Shown: positions 9,349 to 18,993, counted from the first letter of the stretch. The stretch: DNA of 64,000 nucleotides from Bdellovibrionales bacterium (GCA_050250255.1 JBFWOZ010000001.1:32001-96000); one strand, 5' to 3'. Notes: generated by a model from the letters alone, not told the origin. A program made the numbers and translations.

Positions 9349-9424
9349 AGGTGCCAGGTTCCGTTTCCGGGTCACACCGCTTCATAATGGACGCGGTGTG
9401 ACCCGGAAACGGAACCTGGCACCT
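9349..9424. repeat. REPIN-like perfect hairpin (32-bp arms, 12-nt spacer)
   Basis: AGGTGCCAGGTTCCGTTTCCGGGTCACACCGC-ttcataatggac-GCGGTGTGACCCGGAAACGGAACCTGGCACCT. Confidence 0.9.
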
Positions 9425-9437
9425 AAATGGGGAGAGG

Positions 9438-10730
9438 TTATAGGAGGAGGGGTAGAGTGCCGTTTTTTGTGTTGCGGAGGCTTTCGATTTTGAGTTCGGC
9501 GCAAAGTTCTGGCGAAGAGATGTCCTTTTGAACTTCCCACTCCAAGACCTGTTTTGACGACTTGGGGCTCACCGCGTATTCCGGTAAAATTTGGCAAAGA
9601 AGGTTCATCACGCCGGCCTTGTAAGTTCCAACTTGGTTGAATCCATATCCATCAAATAAAGGCGGACGACTCATTGAAAAAGCTTTTACATTTGTACCCG
9701 AGCTTTCAAAAAGATATTTTAAGCCGGCCATTCTTGATGCGTCTTCTAATTCATCTGTAAATCTGGCTAAGTGGGCGAGAGAGCCCCTATCGTTAATGGC
9801 CTTAGAAAATTCAATGTCACGCTGGTGATTGTAGTTAACAGTTTTTTCGACTTCCGCTTTGAGTTGAGCAAAGCGCTGAGGATTTCCACCTTCTAATTTT
9901 TTTCGTAGTGGAGAATTTGCTGGGCCAACAAAATCAGGAATGTTGGAGCATCCGATGAGGTTTGCAATTGCCGCCGTACGAAACTGCGTCCAGTTGGGAT
10001 TCTTTTTCAGCTCTGAATGAATACGTTTGTAGTTGAAGCCGTTGAGATAAATCGTCAGGATTTGTCCCAACGTGTCCGGTTGATGAACCGTCATTGGGTA
10101 AAAGCGATCTTTCTCATAAAATTCCATTGGTGCGGAATTGGCTTGAAATTGTCCAGGCCATGCGCTGTAGGTGCGCCAAATAGGACGAAAAGGAGTGCCG
10201 TGACAAGAAAAACAGGTCTTCGTATCCTTTGGATCCATAGAAAATTTTGTGCCTGCAGAAGAAATTTGTCCAACAAAGGGTTCCCAGCTGTTTTGCTCAA
10301 AGTTGTATCGAATGCCATCAATTTTTTGAGCATATCTTACGGGTATAGGAACGGGCGCATCGACAAGTCCCATGATTACGCCACCAGAATGAAAGGTGAT
10401 CAATCGCGGATGGGTGGGGCTAGTGGCAGCCATTTGAAGACTGCGACTGTGTGCCATTCTCATAGAGCCAAGAGAGAACTCTTTATACTCAGGGAGACTC
10501 ACGAGTTTTTTAAAATATTCGACGGAATCCACGGCAGGCGTTGCCGCACTCCAGGTTTTGAGTTGCTCATAAAATTTATTATCGCCAGTAGGTGAAAGAC
10601 GTTGAACGTCGCAAGTTTCTACAAATTTATTGGGCGGCATTTTGCTTGAAGCCTGTTCTTGCGTTTGGCCAGTGTATGACAAAAATTGGCTTAAAAGGAC
10701 AATGCTCGCGAGTAGGATACCATTAGACAT
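9438..10730 (-). CDS. Secreted hypothetical protein with one CxxCH (c-type haem) motif
   Basis: Signal peptide; TCFSCHG followed by RPIWRTYSAWPG. Confidence 0.75.
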   Translation of the reverse strand: MSNGILLASIVLLSQFLSYTGQTQEQASSKMPPNKFVETCDVQRLSPTGDNKFYEQLKTWSAATPAVDSVEYFKKLVSLPEYKEFSLGSMRMAHSRSLQMAATSPTHPRLITFHSGGVIMGLVDAPVPIPVRYAQKIDGIRYNFEQNSWEPFVGQISSAGTKFSMDPKDTKTCFSCHGTPFRPIWRTYSAWPGQFQANSAPMEFYEKDRFYPMTVHQPDTLGQILTIYLNGFNYKRIHSELKKNPNWTQFRTAAIANLIGCSNIPDFVGPANSPLRKKLEGGNPQRFAQLKAEVEKTVNYNHQRDIEFSKAINDRGSLAHLARFTDELEDASRMAGLKYLFESSGTNVKAFSMSRPPLFDGYGFNQVGTYKAGVMNLLCQILPEYAVSPKSSKQVLEWEVQKDISSPELCAELKIESLRNTKNGTLPLLL

Positions 10731-10767
10731 GCAAAACCGCCTTTACTTGATTATTTTGAGTTGAAAA

Positions 10768-10783
10768 TGCATGAAGGGTGCCA
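10768..10783 (-). promoter_or_regulatory. Putative sigma54 promoter for ORF 10730
   Basis: Minus strand TGGCACCCTTCATGCA, GG-N10-GC spacing. Confidence 0.6.
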
Positions 10784-10795
10784 CACATCAAGGCT

Positions 10796-10810
10796 TGGCA
10801 TACATTCTGC
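10796..10810 (+). promoter_or_regulatory. Putative sigma54 promoter for ferritin-like gene
   Basis: TGGCATACATTCTGC, GG-N10-GC spacing. Confidence 0.6.
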
Positions 10811-10855
10811 TTTGTCATTACATTGTGGAACGACAATCGATTAAAGGAGATCTTA

Positions 10856-11290
10856 ATGACTAAAGATGTAAAAGAAAAAGTGATCCAAAAATTGAATGAA
10901 ATATTAGAAATGGAGATCTCTGGGGTTGTAAGATATCTGCACTACTCTTTGATGATCACTGGCCCTAACCGTATTCCCATTGTGAAGTGGTTTCAAGATC
11001 AAGCAACCGAAGGTTTCGGTCACGCTTCGCAAATCGGAGAAAAAATCACATCTCTTGGTGGTCATCCCACTTTAAAAGTACGACCTGTTCCAGAGACCAA
11101 CAAGCACGGCACTCTTGAAATTTTAAAAGAAAGTCTCGAGTTTGAAAAAGAAGCCGAGAAAATGTACCGCGAACTTCTTCCTCTCACGGAAGATTACGTT
11201 TCTCTCAACGAAATGATTCGCGCTCTTCTCTGTGATGAACAAAACCACATCGAAGAAGTTGAGAAAATGCTCAAGGTAAATAAAGAATAG
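10856..11290 (+). CDS. Bacterioferritin/ferritin-like protein
   Basis: LNEILEMEISGVVRYLHY, EGFGHA..EKITSLGGHP, DEQNH ferroxidase pattern; AAGGAG SD. Confidence 0.85.
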   Translation: MTKDVKEKVIQKLNEILEMEISGVVRYLHYSLMITGPNRIPIVKWFQDQATEGFGHASQIGEKITSLGGHPTLKVRPVPETNKHGTLEILKESLEFEKEAEKMYRELLPLTEDYVSLNEMIRALLCDEQNHIEEVEKMLKVNKE

Positions 11291-11302
11291 TTTATAGCCA
11301 TA

Positions 11303-11409
11303 GGGCATATGTCAGCGGCATAAGGAAATGGTAGTGAAATTTGAATCCGCCATGCATGGCCATTGCTTTATGCCTCCACCATATGCCCCTTACATATGCC
11401 TTATGCCAC
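11303..11409. repeat. Imperfect inverted array of GGCATA/TATGCC units between convergent genes
   Basis: GGGCATATG 11303 / CATATGCCC 11380; GGCATAA 11317 / TTATGCC 11368; extra TATGCC copies; palindrome GCCATGCATGGC at 11349. Confidence 0.55.
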
Positions 11410-11430
11410 AAAATCACTTGTTTCGTACCT

Positions 11431-14268
11431 TTAGAGTTTCGGTAAGCTCAGTGTAATGGCGGTTGAAAAACCGCCGTAGGCATTGGTGTTAAGCCCGTAG
11501 TAGAGACCTAGTTTTAACATCGCTGGAATATGAAACCCGAGGGTGATGTCGCTTCGAAATTCCATTCCCGTGCTCCAAAAAAAACTTCCTAAATAACTGG
11601 TTCGAGTTCCACGAATATCTTTTGCGTAATATGCGCCCTCAAGAGTCGCGGAGTCGACAAAAACTCCAGCGTGCCACCTGCGGAAAAGAACGGGGAAGGT
11701 GCCAAGGTCTCCTGGGCTATCCGTTAAAGGAAATCGATACTCAAAAGTATTTGTAATCAGTGACCAACCCACAAATTCTCCGACCGGGTAACCACGCACT
11801 AAGTAAGGTGATTCACTTAAGTAGGAAAGCGTGTAGTCGCCGCCCGCTGGCGTTCCAAGGAGAATGCTTCGATTGCGAGGGGAGAAAATCGAACGTGTAC
11901 GAAGCATCATTGCATGACGATCGGGAAGCCAAGGCGAAATGTAGATGGCTCCATTGGCGCGAAGGTTGTAAAATTCCGTGTTTCCCCAGCTTGGCAAAAA
12001 GTATTGATAATCGAGAAGTGCCTCTTGACCTTTGCGAGGAGAAATTTGTGTCGGTTTTTGAGTTGCGTTTAAGTAACTTAATTGTACGGCAGGTCCTGCA
12101 TACAAATAATCATCCGAAGTTGTAGGTAAATCTGTGGAAAAGCGGGAGACACGAAAGCCCGTTCGCCAGTCTTTGTTATGTCGGTTGAGTGGCATATCGT
12201 ATTGGGCTTCGAGGTAACTACTGGTGGTGATAAGATCGTAACTATAAAAATACTGGTTCACCACCTGCCCTAAAAGACTTACGTTCCCGTGATGAATCGC
12301 TCGGGAGAAAACAGCGCCCCCGCCGGTTTTTTTTGTGAGAGAGTCGTAGTTCACGTTGAGTGCATAACTTTGAATTCTTAAAGGGTCGATTGCTCCCGTC
12401 ATAGCGGAAACGGCGTAGCTATTTCCAAAAAAACCAACGAGCGGAACCCAGTAAGTGGGAAGCATGTACGACCATGGCGAATATTCTTCCTCTTGCGATG
12501 AGATGATAGCCTTTGTTGGTTCTTCGTATTTAGGCCAGTCGCTCTCGGTGAGAGAGGCTGTTGGAGTAGGAGTAGTGTGTGAAAGAACCTTTCGTTTGAG
12601 TGCCACTCCGCGCCCAGTGAGTTCTGAAAAATAAAGTGTCGATGTGTTGGAGTCGATGGTGGCGGTGTTAGCTTCGGTGTAGGAGTTCGTGAGAGCTTTG
12701 ATCGTTTTAAAATCACGGCTCGCCCAATAGAGGTTGGCAATGCCAGATTTTGCGGAAGTAAAAAGAATCCCGTTTTTATAAGGCACTGCGAACTGCGCCG
12801 GTGAGTAGTCGCCTAGGGCGATGCGAACGTCTTTCGTCGCAAGATTAAAAATTTTAAGGACTTCTTTTCCTTGAGGCGAACGTTCAGAAAAAAGAATTTC
12901 ATCTTCGGAGAAAAAGGAAGGGCGCGAAATGCGGTGAAGTTGTGGTGGAGAATAAACAATATTCTCTTTTTTCTCTTCAGGAAGTCCTGTTAAGACGGCT
13001 AATTGTGAAGTCGCCGCTTTTGTTTTGACGTAAACGATGCGATGTCCGCCAGAATCCACCGCAGGTTCTTGCGCACGTAAGCCTTGGGTCACGGGATCTG
13101 CTTTTTTATCGCTAAGAAAAAGGCGATGGAGATCGGAATATTCGTAATAAAGATCTTCGGTATCGATCGCATCGAAGACGAGAGATTCTGAATTGGGCCA
13201 CCAGGAGATTTTTTTAGTTCCCGTAGATGTGTGGAGCTTCTTTTGTTGGTGGAAATCAAAAGGAACCTTGGTATTTGGTCGTTCGACCATCCAAATTTCA
13301 CTATCGCGGTCGTCGTTAAAGAGGACGTAAGCGAGGCGAAGTTGGTTTGGACTTATCGTGGGAGAGTGCGCTCCCGGAAGAGTATTGGGAAGTTGTTCTG
13401 AGGTGGGAGGCGAAGCCGATTTTATTTTTTCAATCTGTACATCGGCTAATTTTTTATAAGTTTCACGAACACTTTGGGCAAAACCTTCGTAACTAACTCC
13501 TAAAAGATCATGAATAGGACCGTTGATGAAAAAAGGAACGCGGCCGGCATATTGATCATTTAAAGTACGAAATGCTTCAACACCTTTTCTTTTTCCAATT
13601 TCATGAAGCAGTAAAGATCCCCAAAAGTAAGGGCGCATGCCGTAAGGCCATGATGGAATCATGATCTCATTCATGGAAGCGAGTGATTGGTTCCAAGTGT
13701 TATCGAGAACCATCGCGCGCATCATGGCTGCAAAAAGTGGAGAGCGAAGACGGCCCTGAGAAGTGAAACGTGTTTCCATTTCCACTGCGAGCCCCTCAAG
13801 GTACCAAGTGGGAAGAAGGGCGTTTGGTCGAACGATGGCACCTAGCAGAGTGCGAACAGGTCCTAGGAATCCGCGAGCCGGTTCCATGTTTAAAATATGA
13901 GTGTATTCATGGATTAAGAGTTTTTGACTCCAGTTGTCATAATGTCCGATGGAATCTAACGCTGTCGGTAATACAGGAAAGAGCGTGATCATGGGCCGCG
14001 GAAAAGGAGTCGCTAAACCGTTAGGGCTGTCGGAACGGTCATAAATCCAAATAACGGTTTTAGATGGAGCGGTCTGAAAAACTGGGACAAGTAAGGAGTA
14101 AGTGCGTTCTGCCTGGAGAGCGACTTCCTGTGCGAGTAGGGGATGATCTGCATCAAAAATAATTTCGAAATGTTCCGTTTGGAGGGTTCGCCAACGTATG
14201 TGTGGCTCTGGTGCCGCCAGGCCGCGTGAACAAAAAATGAAAACGAAAAGCAAGAGAAAGCGATACAT
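11431..14268 (-). CDS. Outer-membrane protein: zincin-like N-domain, TolB/WD40-like propeller, Omp85-like barrel
   Basis: Signal peptide, LIHEYTH..WYLEGLA, repeated P-x-x-SP-x-G-like blades, barrel motifs VRGYP and EYRFP. Confidence 0.8.
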   Translation of the reverse strand: MYRFLLLFVFIFCSRGLAAPEPHIRWRTLQTEHFEIIFDADHPLLAQEVALQAERTYSLLVPVFQTAPSKTVIWIYDRSDSPNGLATPFPRPMITLFPVLPTALDSIGHYDNWSQKLLIHEYTHILNMEPARGFLGPVRTLLGAIVRPNALLPTWYLEGLAVEMETRFTSQGRLRSPLFAAMMRAMVLDNTWNQSLASMNEIMIPSWPYGMRPYFWGSLLLHEIGKRKGVEAFRTLNDQYAGRVPFFINGPIHDLLGVSYEGFAQSVRETYKKLADVQIEKIKSASPPTSEQLPNTLPGAHSPTISPNQLRLAYVLFNDDRDSEIWMVERPNTKVPFDFHQQKKLHTSTGTKKISWWPNSESLVFDAIDTEDLYYEYSDLHRLFLSDKKADPVTQGLRAQEPAVDSGGHRIVYVKTKAATSQLAVLTGLPEEKKENIVYSPPQLHRISRPSFFSEDEILFSERSPQGKEVLKIFNLATKDVRIALGDYSPAQFAVPYKNGILFTSAKSGIANLYWASRDFKTIKALTNSYTEANTATIDSNTSTLYFSELTGRGVALKRKVLSHTTPTPTASLTESDWPKYEEPTKAIISSQEEEYSPWSYMLPTYWVPLVGFFGNSYAVSAMTGAIDPLRIQSYALNVNYDSLTKKTGGGAVFSRAIHHGNVSLLGQVVNQYFYSYDLITTSSYLEAQYDMPLNRHNKDWRTGFRVSRFSTDLPTTSDDYLYAGPAVQLSYLNATQKPTQISPRKGQEALLDYQYFLPSWGNTEFYNLRANGAIYISPWLPDRHAMMLRTRSIFSPRNRSILLGTPAGGDYTLSYLSESPYLVRGYPVGEFVGWSLITNTFEYRFPLTDSPGDLGTFPVLFRRWHAGVFVDSATLEGAYYAKDIRGTRTSYLGSFFWSTGMEFRSDITLGFHIPAMLKLGLYYGLNTNAYGGFSTAITLSLPKL

Positions 14269-14375
14269 GTGCGTAGTATCTCAACATTTTGAATGTGTTC
14301 CCACAATCACAAAAGTTTGACATTCCGGCTCAAAAAACTATTATTAATGGGTCACCAACTAAGGAGAAACCACAT

Positions 14376-14915
14376 ATGCAAACACAGCAAAAAACATTTC
14401 AAACCTGGATGATCCAACTACTTTCCGTTGTCATTATGGTTTCTTTCGCACTTTCTTGTTCGAAAAAGAAAAAAGACGACGGTCAAATCGGCGAAGAAGT
14501 TACAGAGGGACAATTGGATCCAAATGTTGCGAATCAAGCGCTTGGATTTGATCCTCAAGGAAGCGATGGCGGAACAATTGAAGGACTAAAGACGGTCTTT
14601 TTTCCTTATGATTCTTCTACACTCACGAATGATGCAAGAAAACGTCTCCAAGGAAATGCTGATTGGATGAAACAGCATGCGGGCACCAATATACAAATTG
14701 AAGGTCACTGCGACGAAAAAGGCTCTATCGAATATAACTTAGCTCTCGGTGAACGTCGTGCAAAAGCTGTACGTAGTTACTTGGTGAGTTTAGGTGTTGA
14801 TGCGAGTCGCGTAAGCGTTATTTCTTATGGCGAAGAAAAGCCGATTGAAAGTGGCGACAGCGAAGCGGTGATGGCGAAAAATCGTCGTGCTAACTTCTTA
14901 CCACTCGGCCAATAA
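14376..14915 (+). CDS. pal: Peptidoglycan-associated lipoprotein
   Basis: Lipobox ALSC; EGHCDEKGSIEYNLALGERRA, SYGEEKP, NRRA. Confidence 0.93.
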   Translation: MQTQQKTFQTWMIQLLSVVIMVSFALSCSKKKKDDGQIGEEVTEGQLDPNVANQALGFDPQGSDGGTIEGLKTVFFPYDSSTLTNDARKRLQGNADWMKQHAGTNIQIEGHCDEKGSIEYNLALGERRAKAVRSYLVSLGVDASRVSVISYGEEKPIESGDSEAVMAKNRRANFLPLGQ

Positions 14916-14921
14916 TTTTTT

Positions 14922-15215
14922 GTGAGCCGGTTGAATTTCACATATGGTTGCGCAGTTTTTATTCTCTGCGCTTCTTGTGTAGGAAGACCTCCGATCAAAA
15001 ATTACACTCTTGCTAGAACGGCAATCGAAGCGGCTAGAAAAGTAGATGGGTTAAGATATTCACCCGAAGTTTTTCATCGTGCTGAAGAATTCTATAGAAA
15101 AGGCGAGATCTACTATAAAAATCACGAGTATGCGAATGCCGAGAGTGCTTTTGAAGAAGCGCGCCTAAATGCAGAAAAAGCCGAGAATGAAGCTCGCATG
15201 AGACCCACGGATTAA
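14922..15215 (+). CDS. Small helical lipoprotein (DUF4398-like)
   Basis: Lipobox-like CASC; ARTAIEAARK..AEKAENEAR helical hairpin. Confidence 0.65.
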   Translation: MSRLNFTYGCAVFILCASCVGRPPIKNYTLARTAIEAARKVDGLRYSPEVFHRAEEFYRKGEIYYKNHEYANAESAFEEARLNAEKAENEARMRPTD

Positions 15216-15227
15216 AAGGAGAAGTGC

Positions 15228-15857
15228 ATGTCTATTCAAAAAATGGTTTTAACTCTCTCCCTTCTTGCGCTCTCAGGATGTCTTCTGACACGCAATGAAG
15301 TCTCCGAAGAGCAGAGAATGCAGTCTCAGGTGAGTCAATTGCAAAAAACCAAAGCGGATCAAGAGGCGAACATTCAAAGCTTTGATGAACGTGTCCGAGC
15401 CATGAGTGGGCGATTGGAAACTCTCGAGCATCGGGTGGAAATTTTAACTCAAGAAAAAGACGGATTAAAAAACCAACTCGCTTCTGCGGAGAATCGTTTT
15501 AAAGAATTAGAGCAGGCGATTTTGCAAGTGGAACACACGTCCTCTGCTCCTCGACCACGCGAAGAAGAGAAAGTCGAAAACTCTCGTGAGAAAAAACGTA
15601 CCGCCTTTGACGAAGCGGAAGAATTCTACAGCCAAAAACAGTGGAAGAAGGCCATCGCTTTTTATCAAAAGTTTCGCGATAAGAATCCCAGCGGACTAGA
15701 GTTTGGTTTGGCGACTTTGAAAATTGGTCAGTGTTTTCAAGAATTAAAAATGTTTAAAGAAGCTCGTGTTTTTTATGAAGAGGTTGTCGAGAAATATCCC
15801 AAATCAAAACTCGCCAAGACAGCCACGACGAAATTGAATCAAATTAAAAAGAAGTAA
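15228..15857 (+). CDS. CpoB/YbgF-like coiled-coil TPR lipoprotein
   Basis: Lipobox LSGC, coiled coil, TPR repeats ending KYPKS; follows pal. Confidence 0.85.
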   Translation: MSIQKMVLTLSLLALSGCLLTRNEVSEEQRMQSQVSQLQKTKADQEANIQSFDERVRAMSGRLETLEHRVEILTQEKDGLKNQLASAENRFKELEQAILQVEHTSSAPRPREEEKVENSREKKRTAFDEAEEFYSQKQWKKAIAFYQKFRDKNPSGLEFGLATLKIGQCFQELKMFKEARVFYEEVVEKYPKSKLAKTATTKLNQIKKK

Positions 15858-15860
15858 ATT

Positions 15861-16892
15861 ATGGCACAAATTCAACGGGTATTGGCCGTTGAGACAAGTT
15901 GTGATGACACCTCCGTCGCGATCGTTGAGGCCGACGGGAAGGTTTTATTCTGCGAATCGGCCAATCAAGATATTTTTCATAAACCTTTTGGCGGCATCGT
16001 GCCTGAGATTGCTGGTCGCAATCATACGGAAAAGCTTTTACCTCTTATGGAAAAAGCTTTTGTCGAAACGGGCCTTACTTGGAAAGATATCGGTGGTCTT
16101 GTTGTGACTTCAAGGCCTGGTCTCGTGGGCTCTCTTCTTGTCGGTGTGGTGACCGTTAAATCCATCGCTCTTGCAAAAGGGCTTCCCTTCCTGGGAGTGA
16201 ATCACTTAGAAGGTCATATTCTGGCTCCTTTTTTAAGAGACGAAAAATATCAGCCACCTTCGAACTTTGATTTTCCTTTTGTTGCGCTGGCCGTGAGTGG
16301 TGGGCACTCTTCGCTCTACCATGTCGAAGGGTTAGGTCAATACACCGTCATCGGACGCACGATCGATGATGCGGCTGGCGAGGCTTTTGATAAATTCGCG
16401 AAAATGGTGGGCTTAGGATTTCCAGGTGGAGTTCATGTTGACCGTTTAGCAAAACAAGGTGACCGTATGGCATTTCCGTTCCCTCGAGCGATGCTGGGAG
16501 AAGATGTTTATGACTTTAGTTTTTCAGGGCTGAAATCAGCAGCGAGTCGACTCATTTCGAGCATGAAACCTCAAGAAGTGAGTGAACAGATAGAAGATTT
16601 ATGTGCTTCTTATCAAGAGGCCATTGTTGAAGTCCTCATGAGAAAATTAGAGCTCGCACTACAAAAAACAAAGCTCAAAAAGTTCATTATCACGGGCGGG
16701 GTGAGTGCAAACTCTAGGCTTCGCGAGGCGGCCGAAGAGTTGGGAATGAAGAATAAGTACCAATGGATTGTGCCTCCTATGCGCTATTGCACAGATAATG
16801 CAGCCATGATCGGTTATGTTGGCATTCAACGCATGAATAAAGGCGAAAGAGCCGATTCAAGTCTTGGAGTTTCGCCCGAAGTAACGCTATAA
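15861..16892 (+). CDS. tsaD: tRNA N6-threonylcarbamoyltransferase
   Basis: ETSCDDT, GGIVPEIA, NHLEGH, SGGH, DDAAGEAFDK, CTDNAAMI. Confidence 0.97.
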   Translation: MAQIQRVLAVETSCDDTSVAIVEADGKVLFCESANQDIFHKPFGGIVPEIAGRNHTEKLLPLMEKAFVETGLTWKDIGGLVVTSRPGLVGSLLVGVVTVKSIALAKGLPFLGVNHLEGHILAPFLRDEKYQPPSNFDFPFVALAVSGGHSSLYHVEGLGQYTVIGRTIDDAAGEAFDKFAKMVGLGFPGGVHVDRLAKQGDRMAFPFPRAMLGEDVYDFSFSGLKSAASRLISSMKPQEVSEQIEDLCASYQEAIVEVLMRKLELALQKTKLKKFIITGGVSANSRLREAAEELGMKNKYQWIVPPMRYCTDNAAMIGYVGIQRMNKGERADSSLGVSPEVTL

Positions 16893-16900
16893 GTCTGTCC

Positions 16901-17704
16901 ATGGTTCAGTACTCCCTACAAGACGTAAAAGCGAAGCTTGCCGAGCTCGGTATTTCTCCGAAGCGTGCGCTCGGTCAAAATTTTTTGATCAATCAGAGTT
17001 CCTGTCAAAAAATCCTCCAAGCCGTGCAGTCTTTTGGACCTAAAAGCATCATAGAAGTAGGGCCAGGCCTTGGTGCGATCACCGAACTTCTTTTGACGTT
17101 GAATGTACCGATGAAGGTCATGGAACTGGATTCAAAATTTAGTGAAATGTGGCGATCTCGTGGAGTCGATGTGTTGGAGGGTGATGCCCTTCACGTCAAT
17201 TGGACTCAACTCGGGATGCCCGAGCCTACGACTCTCGTCAGTAATCTTCCCTACCAAATTTCTTCTCGCCTTGTCGTAGACCGATGTCTTGAACCAGGAT
17301 CTGTACGTCATATGGTTCTCATGTTTCAAAAGGAAGTCGCAGAGCGGATGATGTCCAAACATGGGGTGAAAGAGTACGGTCTTCTCTCGGTCATCGCGCA
17401 ATCGGCCTGGGATATTGAGAAGCTTTTTGAAATCAGTTCGAAGGATTTTTTTCCGCCTCCGGCAGTGGCCAGCCGCGTTTTAGTGTTTAAATTTAAAGGC
17501 CAAGCTTTAGAACAGCGTTATTTGAATCTGGTGAAGGCTGCCTTTGGACAAAGGCGCAAACTTTTGCTATCCAACCTGTCGAAATATGCGTCTGGAGAAA
17601 GTGTTAAAAAATGCTTTGAGAAGTTGGGTTTAAACCCCCAATGTCGAGCCGAAGAATTAAGCCCTCGTCAGTTTCAGGAGATTTATCAATGTCTACGTTC
17701 TTAA
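16901..17704 (+). CDS. rsmA: 16S rRNA adenine dimethyltransferase
   Basis: LGQNFL, EVGPGLG, SNLPYQIS, MFQKEVAER, RAEEL. Confidence 0.96.
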   Translation: MVQYSLQDVKAKLAELGISPKRALGQNFLINQSSCQKILQAVQSFGPKSIIEVGPGLGAITELLLTLNVPMKVMELDSKFSEMWRSRGVDVLEGDALHVNWTQLGMPEPTTLVSNLPYQISSRLVVDRCLEPGSVRHMVLMFQKEVAERMMSKHGVKEYGLLSVIAQSAWDIEKLFEISSKDFFPPPAVASRVLVFKFKGQALEQRYLNLVKAAFGQRRKLLLSNLSKYASGESVKKCFEKLGLNPQCRAEELSPRQFQEIYQCLRS

Positions 17705-18987
17705 ATTTACTTTTTGTTCTCTTGTTACCTGTGGAGTCTTGGGCCGATATGAATTCCACTTATGGTTTTGGTTCAACCTCAGCTGCCCTTGCTGGCAGTA
17801 ATCGTGCGAAGTCTTACGATGCATTTACGGTAGAGAGAAATCCTGCGCTCATGAGTTTTTCTGGCGCGCGCACAAGTTACGGACTTCTCGGTGGCTTTGA
17901 TCAGTTTCAAGATTTAGAGAACGTGAATACCGATAGTGTTTTTCTAGGCGGTTCTAATACCACCTCCTCAGTCGACACGGATGTTCCTGACACTCTTAAT
18001 GTTCTGGTCGGCTCGATTTGGACGTTTGGAAGTTCTGATCGTGATTATCGAGTGGGTTTAACTGTTTCTGCGCCGGTGGACAAGGTCACTGAACCTACTA
18101 CGAAAGATCTCTATCAGCCTCAGTATGCCATGTACCTTTCTGATTCTCAGCGACTTAGTCTGTCTGCCGCGATTTCGCGACGCTTGGGAGAGCGGTGGAG
18201 TTTGGGTGTGGGACTTGCGTACTACTTAGTTCAAGGGGCGACTTACCAATCGCGTATGCCTTCTGACGGAGCCACAGCGAGAACAACAACCGCCAATTTA
18301 AAAACCACAGTGAAGCCAGCGTATGCTCCTCTCGCAGGACTTGCTTGGAAAGCCACAGATCGACAAACATGGTCTCTGAATTACGTGGGCATTCGTGACA
18401 GCAAATTAAAAGCTCGAAGTGAAGTGGTACTTGGAATCGTAGGGGCAACTCCTGTCGCCTTCGAAGGTGAAGCTTCTTTATTTTATGATCCTGAGACGTG
18501 GAGTTTGGGTTACACCTATGAGGGTGAAAACACAGATATTCTATTAGCTCTCGATTATGAAAGATGGGGCCGATTCAACGGCTCGGCGATGCAGTTAAGC
18601 TTTATTACTTTTCAATCCACGTTTCGCCAATACCCTGTTGATGCGCAATACAAAGATATTTTAGTGCCTCGGTTAGGTCTTTCGACTCGCGTGGGAGAAG
18701 GCTCCGTCAAAACTGGGTTGGCTTATCGCCCTTCGCCAACTCCGGCTCTTGAAAAAGAAACGAACTTCTTGGATTCAGATCGTGTGATCTATGGATTAGG
18801 TTACGGTTTTCCTTCAACGCTTTTTGGATTGCTCGATTCCCCGCTGACGATCGACCTTCATTCTCAAGTTCAGTATCTTATGCCTAAGACGGTCATCAAA
18901 GAAAATCCAAGTTCCATTGGTGGTCCTCGATATGAAGTTCGAGGCTATGTGTTCAGTTACGGAATTAACTTTAATGTAGGAATTTAA
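17689..18987 (+). CDS. Outer-membrane beta-barrel, FadL/TodX-like
   Basis: Signal peptide; N-terminal YGFG..ALAG..NPA hatch pattern; beta-strand C-terminus. Confidence 0.65.
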   Translation: MSTFLNLLFVLLLPVESWADMNSTYGFGSTSAALAGSNRAKSYDAFTVERNPALMSFSGARTSYGLLGGFDQFQDLENVNTDSVFLGGSNTTSSVDTDVPDTLNVLVGSIWTFGSSDRDYRVGLTVSAPVDKVTEPTTKDLYQPQYAMYLSDSQRLSLSAAISRRLGERWSLGVGLAYYLVQGATYQSRMPSDGATARTTTANLKTTVKPAYAPLAGLAWKATDRQTWSLNYVGIRDSKLKARSEVVLGIVGATPVAFEGEASLFYDPETWSLGYTYEGENTDILLALDYERWGRFNGSAMQLSFITFQSTFRQYPVDAQYKDILVPRLGLSTRVGEGSVKTGLAYRPSPTPALEKETNFLDSDRVIYGLGYGFPSTLFGLLDSPLTIDLHSQVQYLMPKTVIKENPSSIGGPRYEVRGYVFSYGINFNVGI

Positions 18988-18993
18988 AAATTC

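Noticed and set aside
10017..10595. 192-aa plus-strand ORF
   Set aside because: Antisense to the 430-aa secreted protein; no coding features
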